A DNA stretch of 64,000 nucleotides, taken from positions 33,784-97,783 of IMG/VR virus record IMGVR_UViG_3300045988_184100. One strand, 5' to 3'. Shown here piece by piece: positions 16,415 through 25,765 of the stretch; the stretch's first letter is position 1, and every line of letters begins with the position of its first letter. The position numbers were made by a program, and so were the translations under genes. The notes under the pieces were generated by a model. It was not told where the DNA came from. It did no database searches and was given only the letters and a program-made list of their open reading frames with translations. This stretch comes from a virus.

Positions 16415-17056
16415 ATGGAGAATAACCAAAAGAACGCTGTGGAGGTCGAGACCAGCGTTCCTGACCTGATTCCGGCCAACTACCGCGAAAAGGCAGAAAC
16501 ACTGGGCTGGGTCATCGACGAGGACAAGGTCTGTGGTGTGTTCACGTTCAGGCAGGGGTCGCCTGCCGGCGAGGACTATTCCTTCGACCTGTACGCCGAC
16601 GATGACTTCAGCGACGGTGTGGCTGCTGCTGTGCGCCGCGTCTACGAGGACTTCGACGTTGACGAGCACGTCGCTCTGTTTGCGGAGGCTTCCGTAAAGG
16701 GCACGTCAGGCGTTCCGAAGCTGTCAGTGCTTGTCGAGGACGCCAAGGAAATCAATGAGATGCTTCTCACACTCGCCGAAGCGTTTGAAGACATCGAATC
16801 TGGTACATCAGAGCGGGAGCAGAAGGTGTATACCCGCTGCTGCCCCAACTGTGGTGGCGTATCTTTCTCTGGTCATCAGGTCCTCCACATTGATGTGTTG
16901 GTTGACATCGAAACGGGAGATTTCCTCGGAAATATCAACGACGAAATCGAATCTAACATCTACGAGTCGTCTGACCCCTACGGTCCATATCACTGCATGA
17001 CCTGCGGATTTGAATGCGACAACCTTTCCGAGCTGGAAAAGAGCGAGGTGGAGTAA
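16415..17056 (+). CDS. Acidic hypothetical protein with a C-terminal zinc-ribbon (213 aa)
   Basis: ATG after AAAGGAGAAAAATC. The C-terminus has CPNCGG and CMTCGFEC. Confidence 0.45.
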   Translation: MENNQKNAVEVETSVPDLIPANYREKAETLGWVIDEDKVCGVFTFRQGSPAGEDYSFDLYADDDFSDGVAAAVRRVYEDFDVDEHVALFAEASVKGTSGVPKLSVLVEDAKEINEMLLTLAEAFEDIESGTSEREQKVYTRCCPNCGGVSFSGHQVLHIDVLVDIETGDFLGNINDEIESNIYESSDPYGPYHCMTCGFECDNLSELEKSEVE

Positions 17057-17061
17057 CTCTA

Positions 17062-17223
17062 ATGTCGATTATTCTTTACTTCGCACTTACCATTCTCGTG
17101 ATGTGCGGCATATTCCTTGGCATAAAGAGACTGGACACACAGGACCTCTTGCCGCCAATCATCTGCAGCGTTTCTGTGGGCGTTATTATGGTGGAACTGT
17201 TCGCACTTGTTCGGTGGTATTAA
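17062..17223 (+). CDS. Small membrane protein (53 aa)
   Basis: Hydrophobic ORF. Confidence 0.3.
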   Translation: MSIILYFALTILVMCGIFLGIKRLDTQDLLPPIICSVSVGVIMVELFALVRWY

Positions 17224-17237
17224 CGGAGGTGAAGGAC

Positions 17238-17414
17238 GTGTTCAAAATGCTGACGAACCCCTTGTTTATAGCCTATGTCGTTCTTATCATCGCCGCAATG
17301 GTCGTCTCAGTCATAGCCGCAAAAAAATCAGACCAGCCAGAAATGCTTCCGGCTGCCTTTGGTACTATTGCGCTCACCATTGTTTTGGTTATTGTAGCGG
17401 TCATAACCGGTTAA
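17238..17414 (+). CDS. Small membrane protein (58 aa)
   Basis: GTG start 8 nt after GGAGG. Hydrophobic. Confidence 0.3.
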   Translation: MFKMLTNPLFIAYVVLIIAAMVVSVIAAKKSDQPEMLPAAFGTIALTIVLVIVAVITG

Positions 17415-17482
17415 ATTAAAGCCAGCGGGAGGGGCGCTCTGCCTCTCCCCTGCTTAAAAAAGAAAAGGAAGGAGATATTCGA

Positions 17483-17701
17483 ATGGCATACAGCATTGCT
17501 GAAATCGCGGCCATCAAAGCGGAGTATCCCGCAGGCACAAGAATCAGACTGAAACACATGGACGAAAGCAAGTTTCCTGTGGCAGACGGCACGACCGGTA
17601 AAGTCACTTATGTGGACGATAACGGCCAGATTCATATGCGTTGGGATAATGGCCGCACGCTGCCGCTCGTTCCGGGCGTCGATGATTTCGACAAAATCTG
17701 A
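17483..17701 (+). CDS. Hypothetical protein (72 aa)
   Basis: ORF with AAGGAGATAT Shine-Dalgarno. Confidence 0.4.
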   Translation: MAYSIAEIAAIKAEYPAGTRIRLKHMDESKFPVADGTTGKVTYVDDNGQIHMRWDNGRTLPLVPGVDDFDKI

Positions 17702-17732
17702 GCTGTTTTTTCAAAAAGAAAGGAGAAAAATT

Positions 17733-18776
17733 ATGGGTAATACATCTATCAGAGCCGCTGCATCTTTCTGCAACGAGAACACGCTGGTCAAGGTCTACCG
17801 CTATAATCCTAAGTACGACAGGTTCGAGATGACCTTCGTTCCTTTCAAGGACATCCGCAAGAGCGATTCTGTGAGCGTCTTTGCCAGTGATGGGCACGAG
17901 ATGCACTTTTCCGTTCTCACAAATGCTTCTTTTAAGAAGGACGAGCGATACGGGAACGAGTGCGGTTGGTCTGTGAAAGTCACTGAGGACGGCGGCAAGA
18001 CGGAGATGGTTCTTCGTCCCACCGATTTCGCGCCCTACATCATCAGCCTTTCCGTTACCGACGAAGGAGAGTGGCGCGGCTGCCGGCTGCTTTTCGAAAG
18101 CGTCCTCAACGACACCGAAGCTATCGTCAACAATATGCGGGCGCGATTCGAGCCGCGTGTTGCGCCGGAAAACACCTGCGGGCGGCATTCCGACACAGTT
18201 GCGGCCATGGCGAAGAGAGACCTCACTCGTGAGTGGACGGAGCAGTTCGGCTTCCGGCTCATTTCGGACAGCGTAAACTTCGCCCAGTGCGGTGTGAAGG
18301 ACATTCTCTCTGAGAAGTTCTTCAATTCCCCGACCATGGAGCTGACGTTCTTCGCCTATTCCGACGGCGAGTATTCAGCGTCCCCCCTGTTCTTTGCCAA
18401 ACTGCCCGATTTGGGCGAACGGTACAACAAGCCTGAGGGACGTGCTGCAATCGCAGAACTGCTGCAGAAGCTGGACGAGATGTACGGCGACCTGCCTGAA
18501 GACACAGAAAAATGGGCACTGGAGTATCAACTTTGGGCTCGTATGCTGCTGGCAGAAGGTGCGGTCATGCTGAATCCGAAGCACCTCGACCTCCCCGACT
18601 CCAGCGCCTACGAATTCATAACGCTGGCTTTCGGTAATAAAATGCTGAAAGACAGCGGTGACGGTATTGCGTGGGCAAAGGCTGTCAAAACACCTATCAG
18701 CGTAATCGCCGAGGCGTGGGAGAATGACATGAGTGAGTCCGGCGATGAGGCTTTTACCTGCATCGTAACTGGCTGA
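17733..18776 (+). CDS. Hypothetical protein (347 aa), paralog of the next gene
   Basis: Shares SPLFFAKLP.LG ... YGDLPE.TE.W.LEYQLWARMLL.EGAVMLNP.HL with 18793-19839. Confidence 0.5.
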   Translation: MGNTSIRAAASFCNENTLVKVYRYNPKYDRFEMTFVPFKDIRKSDSVSVFASDGHEMHFSVLTNASFKKDERYGNECGWSVKVTEDGGKTEMVLRPTDFAPYIISLSVTDEGEWRGCRLLFESVLNDTEAIVNNMRARFEPRVAPENTCGRHSDTVAAMAKRDLTREWTEQFGFRLISDSVNFAQCGVKDILSEKFFNSPTMELTFFAYSDGEYSASPLFFAKLPDLGERYNKPEGRAAIAELLQKLDEMYGDLPEDTEKWALEYQLWARMLLAEGAVMLNPKHLDLPDSSAYEFITLAFGNKMLKDSGDGIAWAKAVKTPISVIAEAWENDMSESGDEAFTCIVTG

Positions 18777-18792
18777 AGTTGAAAGGAGAACC

Positions 18793-19839
18793 ATGGATAA
18801 TCTGATTTCAAACAAGCGAAAGCTGCACTGCGACGAGAACGTATTGGTCCATATCGTGCGCTACTGCCATGATACGGATGATACAGATGGCGACGGCATT
18901 AGAGAGGTGGAAATGTATGTCCCCTTCAAGTATATCTGCAAGGGTGATACCATTGATATTCCTGATAAGGACACCGACGATGCCTTCAGAACAACCGCCT
19001 ATGCTGCTGAGGACGCTTCGTATAGCGAAGCTCGTGCGGGTGGTTGGTTTGTGCCGGTCGCCTGTACTGGGCAGAAAGAGTATGTTCTGAAGCCTGATGA
19101 TTTCGCACCTTGGCTCGTGACCCTGAGTGTCGCGTTCACACACGGGTCGTCCTGCAAGCTCTTTTTCGAGTGCGTGGAACGACGCGAAGAGAAGCTGTGG
19201 GCAAACATCCGCAGAATCTTTGACGATGTACCGACGCTGCGGCATGAGCTGGGTTTCGTTGCCCTCGTCCGACATATGGCACGGAAGTACCTCACACCTG
19301 ATAGGACGGAGCCTCTTGGCTTCAGATTCCTTTCGGATGATGTTGTCTGGAGCAACTGTAAAGTGAAGGATATCCTTCCCGACCGGTTCTTCGCAGCAGC
19401 GGACATGACGCTAAGGTTTTACGCCTATGCGGAAGACGAGTATGCTGAAAGTCCCCTATTCTTCGCCAAGCTGCCGTATCTCGGTACGCATCACGGAACT
19501 CCCGCAGGCTGCGTGATTTGCGCCTCCATCCTGCGAAAGCTGGACGAGCTGTATGGCGACCTGCCGACGGAAACGTCCCGCTGGTCGCTTGAATACCAGC
19601 TCTGGGCCCGTATGCTGCTGACGGAAGGCGCAGTCATGCTGAACCCGATGCATCTGACACTCTATGAAGACGAGCATATCTTTAATTCGCTTGTCTCTTG
19701 CGATGATGCGCTGGAAGTCAGCGGTGATGCCATTGTATGGAAGAAGGCATCCGGCACTCCCAGCAACAAGATTACTGAGGCGTGGGAAATAGAGACGGAA
19801 AAGTCTGGCTGCAATGACACATTCACTTGCGCCATTTAA
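18793..19839 (+). CDS. Hypothetical protein (348 aa), paralog of the previous gene
   Basis: Same conserved C-terminal core with a divergent N-terminus. Confidence 0.5.
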   Translation: MDNLISNKRKLHCDENVLVHIVRYCHDTDDTDGDGIREVEMYVPFKYICKGDTIDIPDKDTDDAFRTTAYAAEDASYSEARAGGWFVPVACTGQKEYVLKPDDFAPWLVTLSVAFTHGSSCKLFFECVERREEKLWANIRRIFDDVPTLRHELGFVALVRHMARKYLTPDRTEPLGFRFLSDDVVWSNCKVKDILPDRFFAAADMTLRFYAYAEDEYAESPLFFAKLPYLGTHHGTPAGCVICASILRKLDELYGDLPTETSRWSLEYQLWARMLLTEGAVMLNPMHLTLYEDEHIFNSLVSCDDALEVSGDAIVWKKASGTPSNKITEAWEIETEKSGCNDTFTCAI

Positions 19840-19865
19840 GCCACGGAAAGGAGGAACAAACGAAA

Positions 19866-20507
19866 ATGCTGGATACTGCCGACATTCGCCATTTTGTAAT
19901 ACCGAAGATAAGAGAGACCATTCTGTATATCAACCGCTATGAGAAAGCGGCTGAAGCCATTGCCACAATCATCGGGATGGGTGCGTCCTTACAGGTTCGT
20001 CCGAAGTTGTCTGACCTGCCGCAAGACGCGGCGGAACTGGTTCTGCGGAAGCGCGAACTGGCTGAGTTATACGGCTTCGTCGAACAAAACTACGCCCATC
20101 TCCTGATTTCCGGTATTCTGTTCCGCAGCGACAGTGAGAGCAAACAGAAATCCATCAAAGCCTACCACGAGTTGTACTTTGCGCTGTGCGAGTATATCGT
20201 CCATGTGTCGCATTGCACGGATATACTCTACAAGGCAAAAGGACAGCATAATGACCATTTGTGGATTTGGGATGATGATGGTGCATTTAAGGCCGCTTGG
20301 ACGGTTCAGTACCATGAGGATTTCGACAACACACTCTCCGCAATGAGCCATCAGGAAAATGAACTGCTCCAGACCATTTCCAGAAGCGCCGCCGTAATGC
20401 GAGACGCCTTCGCAGCGTTTTCCTTGGATTATCGCAACGACGCTGATGGGTACGGCCAAAGGGTTCTGAAGGAGTATCAGGAGCGCATGGTTAAAAGGGA
20501 ATGTTAA
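19866..20507 (+). CDS. Hypothetical protein (213 aa)
   Basis: ATG after AAAGGAGGAACAAAC. Confidence 0.45.
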   Translation: MLDTADIRHFVIPKIRETILYINRYEKAAEAIATIIGMGASLQVRPKLSDLPQDAAELVLRKRELAELYGFVEQNYAHLLISGILFRSDSESKQKSIKAYHELYFALCEYIVHVSHCTDILYKAKGQHNDHLWIWDDDGAFKAAWTVQYHEDFDNTLSAMSHQENELLQTISRSAAVMRDAFAAFSLDYRNDADGYGQRVLKEYQERMVKREC

Positions 20508-20531
20508 TCGCAAGATAAAAAACTAAATTTC

Positions 20532-20565
20532 AAAAGAAGCTCCTTCGGGAGCTTCTTTTTTTTAC
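20532..20565 (+). terminator. Intrinsic terminator
   Basis: AAAAGAAGCTCCTTCGGGAGCTTCTTTTTTTT. Confidence 0.6.
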
Positions 20566-20574
20566 GTTGCTGCT

Positions 20575-20712
20575 GTTGACAAAATAGCGAAACGTGGTAG
20601 TATAGTAGTATAATTACGAAGATATTTTTATAAGGAGTTTTATCTCCGTTTTTCAAGTCACATCATAAATTCAGGCAATCACTACCCTCTTCGGGCAGTG
20701 ATTGTCTTTTTC
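20575..20712 (+). promoter_or_regulatory. Island module copy 4: promoter, leader and terminator
   Basis: The promoter and leader are conserved. The terminator stem has a completely different sequence (GGCAATCACTACCC/GGGCAGTGATTGTC) but the pairing is preserved. Confidence 0.6.
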
Positions 20713-20779
20713 TATATATACATTTTATTTTGGTTTCCCGTAAGTCCTTATCACAGGCTGGGAGAAAGGAGAAAACATC

Positions 20780-22645
20780 ATGGCAAACTGTGTACTCTTC
20801 CGAGGGAAGAAAGGGTTCGATATCAGTACCCTTCCGTACGGGCTGAACTCGCTTCCCAATAGAAACACAAGTACGGTGTCCAAATGGAGTGCTCCCAAGC
20901 GCCCCTCTGCAAAGGGGTATTCTACCCTTCACAACTATGCGACCAGAGCTCTTTTGGCGTATCTGGGAATTCCCAATTTTGTCGATGACTACGCTCTTTT
21001 GCAGGTTTCTGATAACCTGTGGAGCGCGGAATATCGAGACGCCACGGAATCAAGGACGTATCTTTTCACCTACAAGACGGTCATTCAAACGAATGCGCCG
21101 GCAGTAGGTAAGCTGGCGGCTGCGTCAGCGGCACCTTCCGGACAGTGGGCGGGAACCCCGTCTATTGGCTCGGAGTCGGACACTCTCGACCTGAGCGGTG
21201 CTTTCCTTGCGATGACCCCGTTCACCCTCGCAACGTATTACGGCGCACCTGAACTGGCTGTTGTCGCAAACAATGTGGAGCTCAAGCAGGTACAGACGGG
21301 CATCCTTGACCTGAGCACCAAGTACCCCGCCGACTGGGGCAACCATATGGATGAGATTCCTGATGCGAGAGACTTTCTCTACACATTCAGTGATATGTTC
21401 TACTACGGTTGTGAAGACGGAAAAATCCCTCTCAATATCCAGAACGGCAATATGGACACTCTGACCCGGCAGAAGGTAAACAGCGGAGCCTTTAACGGCA
21501 CCGTCATCGTTGGCTCCCCGACCATTATCGGTGGCACCATGGCCTCAAACGCCGGCTCGTCTGAAAAGAGCATGACCGTGAAGGATGCCAAGCTCAGATA
21601 TGCTGCATGGACAAACACACATACGTGGACGCAAGACGAAGAACTGCTGATTCCCACCTTTGACGACGACTTCAAGGTCCAGCCGGAGGTAATCGAAATC
21701 GCAGATAAAATCGTCGCAACGTCTAATATGCGCGTTCCGTTCCGCAACTTCCTGTGGCGCGGTATCACCGGTTACGGCAAGTCTACCGGTACGAAGGTGT
21801 TGGCGTGCATCCTGCACACCCCCCGTTTGGAGCTGACCTGTCATACTGATATGTTGGCAAAGGACTTGATTTCCGAGTTCGTTCCCTGCAATCCTGTGGA
21901 TGCGGCACGAGGAGAACTCCCCTCCTTTGAGGAGATTTCCTTCGACCCCGAATCTGCGTGGAACAACATGACAGGAGAAGATGGCACGGGCATTACCTCC
22001 GAGGAGTGCTTTGCAAAGTATTCCGAGCTGTTGGTTGCACGTGCCGGCTGCACTTCCCCCGTGAAGGTGGTTGAATCCGCTTTTGTGAAGGCCGTTTCTC
22101 GCGGATACATCTGCGAGATTCAGGAGGTCAGCCGAATCAAGGATTCCGGCGTTATGGTCGCGCTGAACCAGTACGATTTGCCGGGAGCTATGATTCCTCT
22201 GGTAGATGGTGGGTTTACCTATCGCCAGAAGGACGCCGTTGTGGTATTCACAGATAACGTCGGATATGCTTCCTGCCGCCCCATTGACCAGTCGGTTCTC
22301 CGTCGCTGCCGTATGATTTTCGACAGTACGGAAATTGAGAAGAAAGCCATGCTGGAGCGCATCAAGTACAACACCGGCTGGAGCCGCGACGACAGAACCC
22401 TGTACGCGCTCTACGACGTGTACGAGCAGATTCGCAGCTACTGTGCAGACAAGGAAATCACTGAGGGTTCTTGCACCATCTGCGAGCTCGAATCCCTCGT
22501 GTGCTGCGTGCAGTGCGATGACCGCTATCTGGCAAATCTTGAAAAGTATATTGACACGTGCCTCATCTCGAAATGCACGAACGACCCCGTTGAACAGAAC
22601 GAAATTCGTTCCAACGCAGCACAAGTCATCAGCAAGGTGGCATAA
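20780..22645 (+). CDS. MoxR/CobS-like AAA+ ATPase with an N-terminal extension of about 300 aa (621 aa)
   Basis: Walker A WRGITGYGKSTGTKV. Walker B and arginine-finger region YICEIQEVSRIKDSGVMVALNQ. Confidence 0.5.
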   Translation: MANCVLFRGKKGFDISTLPYGLNSLPNRNTSTVSKWSAPKRPSAKGYSTLHNYATRALLAYLGIPNFVDDYALLQVSDNLWSAEYRDATESRTYLFTYKTVIQTNAPAVGKLAAASAAPSGQWAGTPSIGSESDTLDLSGAFLAMTPFTLATYYGAPELAVVANNVELKQVQTGILDLSTKYPADWGNHMDEIPDARDFLYTFSDMFYYGCEDGKIPLNIQNGNMDTLTRQKVNSGAFNGTVIVGSPTIIGGTMASNAGSSEKSMTVKDAKLRYAAWTNTHTWTQDEELLIPTFDDDFKVQPEVIEIADKIVATSNMRVPFRNFLWRGITGYGKSTGTKVLACILHTPRLELTCHTDMLAKDLISEFVPCNPVDAARGELPSFEEISFDPESAWNNMTGEDGTGITSEECFAKYSELLVARAGCTSPVKVVESAFVKAVSRGYICEIQEVSRIKDSGVMVALNQYDLPGAMIPLVDGGFTYRQKDAVVVFTDNVGYASCRPIDQSVLRRCRMIFDSTEIEKKAMLERIKYNTGWSRDDRTLYALYDVYEQIRSYCADKEITEGSCTICELESLVCCVQCDDRYLANLEKYIDTCLISKCTNDPVEQNEIRSNAAQVISKVA

Positions 22646-22657
22646 GGGTCCGAAAGG

Positions 22658-22694
22658 AGAAAAGAGGCATGGTGCCTCTTTTCTTTCTTTTCGG
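22658..22694 (+). terminator. Intrinsic terminator
   Basis: AAAAGAGGCATGGTGCCTCTTTTCTTTCTTTTC. Confidence 0.5.
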
Positions 22695-22720
22695 ATAAGA
22701 AAGAAAGGAGAAAAAGCACC

Positions 22721-23140
22721 ATGACTCAGAACTATAACAACATCAACTTTTTCAATCGTGAAAATTACAACGCGCTCTGCGCCAAGGTCGGCGAATGCGT
22801 CAAGAAGGGTATTCCCAATGCAGATAAGCTGCTTGAGAACCTTGAAGAGCGATGCTCTGCCTTCCTCGACTATGTGAACACAGTTGATATGGGTGAGACA
22901 CGCATCATCATTGCTCACAACCGTCTTGAGGGCGAAGACCTCCGCGACGCATTGCAGACCATCGACAGGCTCCGTAAATGCTACCATGACGTTGCTTGCA
23001 ATAGCTGCAATATCATTAACCGGATGGCGGCAGCAAATGGAATCGGACCTGTTTTTACCGGAGATTCCACCGACCGCCTGCAGGTGGCAGACTTCTGCCT
23101 CGAATTTACCGTTGAAATTTTCAAGAACCGGAAAAAGTAA
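22721..23140 (+). CDS. Hypothetical protein (139 aa)
   Basis: ORF with GAAAGGAGAAAAAG Shine-Dalgarno. Confidence 0.45.
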   Translation: MTQNYNNINFFNRENYNALCAKVGECVKKGIPNADKLLENLEERCSAFLDYVNTVDMGETRIIIAHNRLEGEDLRDALQTIDRLRKCYHDVACNSCNIINRMAAANGIGPVFTGDSTDRLQVADFCLEFTVEIFKNRKK

Positions 23141-23157
23141 GAAAGGAGAGTTGACGC

Positions 23158-25380
23158 ATGGACCAGAAATCTATCTGGAGGCAAATCCGCATAGGCGCCA
23201 AGGAAATGAGCGAAAAACTCACAGATGCTGACATCTACACCAGTGAAGCATTTCGGAGTCATGTGCAGGCCACGGTCGATTCGATGACAAAAGACCTCGA
23301 CAAACACATTTCTGTCTCCCTGATGCATGACCCGAAATCTGACATCACCGCCTTAACTGATGGGAACAATCTTTATCAGAATACGGCGAATGGCGTCATA
23401 AGGTGGTATAAGCTCCCCTCCTCCCGTTTCGCAACGGTTATGGGTATCGTCTATCACGAGTTGGCCCACATTCGATTCCATGACTTCCGCGCCGATGTGC
23501 TGGCAGACAAGGAGTTGAAGGAAAACGGCACACTTTACGGACGAATGCCTGAGCCGGACGATGAAACAGAGCTGGATGAGATGAAGGAAGCTCTAAAGCA
23601 CCCTGAATACCGAGAGGTGTTCAAGTCGCTGCGAGATGAACTCATCAACTGTATCATCGACGCACACGATGAGGAGCGCATGAGCGACTACTACGGCGGC
23701 ATTGTTGCACGTGGTATTGAGATGGTAGCATCTTCCCTTCAGGGGCAGCTTCACACGCTGGAAGGCTATACGAATAACAAGAATGAGCCGCTGTCTATTA
23801 TGACAAGCCTCATTCTCCAGTTCGCACGCTTCGGTGAAATCCTCGTTGCGGATGAGCAAACGCTCTACACCAATGAGTATGCCAAGAAGCTGATGAGCCT
23901 CTCACAAGCCATTGAACTTGCCACCACTACGGATAACCCGAAGGAGCTGTATTCCCAAATCAATGTGATGCTTCTCTTTATGTGGCCTTACATTAAGGAC
24001 GCGATTGAGAAGTGTGACAAGCAGCAGAGTTCTCAGGCAGGTCAAGGCCAGCAGGGGCAGGGTAATCAGTCCGGCTCCGACCAGAACGGTCAGGGCGGGC
24101 AGCAAGGACAGCCCGCTTCCGGCGGTGGCCAAGGCAGTCAGAACCAGCAGGGCGGCGGAGGTATCTCCCAGCCCAGCACCAATGCCATTCAGCAGGTGCT
24201 CCAGCAAATTGCTCAGGGCGCACAGAATGGCGGAGGTTCTCAGATGCCTCAAAACCAGAAGGCATCCAACGTAGCCAAGCAAGCTACCAAAGATGCCCAG
24301 TCTGCCGACAAGAAGAAGGGCAAGAAAAACGACAGCGGTAGTGGTTCCGGCGGGAATGATGCCAATAAGGGCAACGTCCCCGCTGCTGTGGCCGGCAAGA
24401 GCGGCGACGGACAGGATAAAAACGGGAAGCAGGAGCAAGCCGACAGTATGTTGGCGAATGTCCTGCAGACCATTATTTCCTCCGTTGCCGGAAACATGGC
24501 CGAAGCACAGATGGAGCAGGATTTGAAGTCTCAAATCATCGCTGATGTTGACATCATGGACCGTAGCTCTACGCACAAGGGCCATAGCATCGACGTCAAA
24601 CGCGAGGTTGAAGTAACACCTTCCAACATCAAGCTCTACGGTGAAATGATGGAGGATGTGTCGCAGTATTCCAAGCGTCTGGCAAAGCTGATGCAGCAGG
24701 AGTTGAAGGACCTGCAGGACGGCGATGTCCGCAGAAACCGAATGTACGGTAGAGATATCGTTGCAAGCGAGATGTGGCGTCCGGATTGCCGGTTCTTCAG
24801 CGACACAAAGTTGCCGCAGGACCTGCCTGACATGGCCGTGGCTGTTCTCGTTGACCAGTCCGGCTCCATGTGCGGACAGCGCATGGGCGCCGCTATGAAG
24901 GCCACCATGCTCCTGCATGACTTTGCAGAGCGTGTTCATGTTCCTGTCGCTGTGTACGGTCACAATGTAACCATGCATGGTAGGGTCAACCTGTTCGTCT
25001 ACACAGACTTCCTGAAGGCCGGAAAGCGTGACAAGTACCGTCTTGCCAAGCTCTCCACTGGCGGCTGTAACCGTGACGGTGCAGCACTGGAGGTCGTTGC
25101 GAACCTGCTGAATGCGAGACCTGAGCGCACGAAGCTCCTCATTATCATTTCGGATGGCAAGCCGAATGATGATTCCTATGGTGGAGATTCTGCGGCGAAG
25201 GACATCAAAGACATCGTAGCCCGCAATCGCCGGCGCGGTGTTGAGATTGTCGCAGCAGCTATCGGCGACGACAAAGAGTACCTCAAGAAGATTTACGGCG
25301 ACCAGTTCCTTGACATTACTGACCTTTCCACCTTTCCAAAGGCAATGGTCAAAATCGTCAAGAAGCGGTTGAAGGTCTAA
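23158..25380 (+). CDS. von Willebrand factor A (VWA) domain protein with a Gln/Gly-rich low-complexity linker (740 aa), a CobT/ViaA-like partner of the AAA+ gene
   Basis: C-terminal MIDAS motif VLVDQSGSM ... TGG ... IIISDG. Residues about 290-430 are Q/G/N-rich. Confidence 0.55.
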   Translation: MDQKSIWRQIRIGAKEMSEKLTDADIYTSEAFRSHVQATVDSMTKDLDKHISVSLMHDPKSDITALTDGNNLYQNTANGVIRWYKLPSSRFATVMGIVYHELAHIRFHDFRADVLADKELKENGTLYGRMPEPDDETELDEMKEALKHPEYREVFKSLRDELINCIIDAHDEERMSDYYGGIVARGIEMVASSLQGQLHTLEGYTNNKNEPLSIMTSLILQFARFGEILVADEQTLYTNEYAKKLMSLSQAIELATTTDNPKELYSQINVMLLFMWPYIKDAIEKCDKQQSSQAGQGQQGQGNQSGSDQNGQGGQQGQPASGGGQGSQNQQGGGGISQPSTNAIQQVLQQIAQGAQNGGGSQMPQNQKASNVAKQATKDAQSADKKKGKKNDSGSGSGGNDANKGNVPAAVAGKSGDGQDKNGKQEQADSMLANVLQTIISSVAGNMAEAQMEQDLKSQIIADVDIMDRSSTHKGHSIDVKREVEVTPSNIKLYGEMMEDVSQYSKRLAKLMQQELKDLQDGDVRRNRMYGRDIVASEMWRPDCRFFSDTKLPQDLPDMAVAVLVDQSGSMCGQRMGAAMKATMLLHDFAERVHVPVAVYGHNVTMHGRVNLFVYTDFLKAGKRDKYRLAKLSTGGCNRDGAALEVVANLLNARPERTKLLIIISDGKPNDDSYGGDSAAKDIKDIVARNRRRGVEIVAAAIGDDKEYLKKIYGDQFLDITDLSTFPKAMVKIVKKRLKV

Positions 25381-25434
25381 CAACAATTAGAGAGCCACCC
25401 TTCGGGGTGGCTCTCTTAGAAAGGAGATAATACT

Positions 25435-25671
25435 ATGGATTTAGGTTACATTGCTCCCTGCCCCGTGTGTGGTGGCGAAATCAAGCTGTATTCCCACTGT
25501 GGCAAGCCAGATTGTAAGGCTGTATGTCAGAGTTGCAAAAAGGGGTTTCCGTTCCACGCAAACCTGAAGACCTATGCCGGAACAAAAATCTATGCCAGCA
25601 GTATCAGGAAGAGTGTGCGGATGTGGAATAACACGGTTTCAAAGGAAGTCATTGCCGATGAGGTTCTTTGA
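25435..25671 (+). CDS. Small zinc-ribbon protein (78 aa)
   Basis: CPVCGG ... CGKPDCKAVCQSC. Confidence 0.4.
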   Translation: MDLGYIAPCPVCGGEIKLYSHCGKPDCKAVCQSCKKGFPFHANLKTYAGTKIYASSIRKSVRMWNNTVSKEVIADEVL

Positions 25672-25765
25672 TTCTGCTTGATGCAGAAAGGAGTTGAGTT
25701 TCTGCATATAAGAATATATAATGATATGCAAAAAGAAGCCGGTATTGTAGAAAGGAGAAAACATA

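Noticed and set aside
25681-25765. Inverted repeat ATGCAGAAA-GGAGTTGAG-TTTCTGCAT followed by a TATAAT box
   Set aside because: It is probably just a local operator or attenuator hairpin of one small gene. It is too small and isolated to interpret further.
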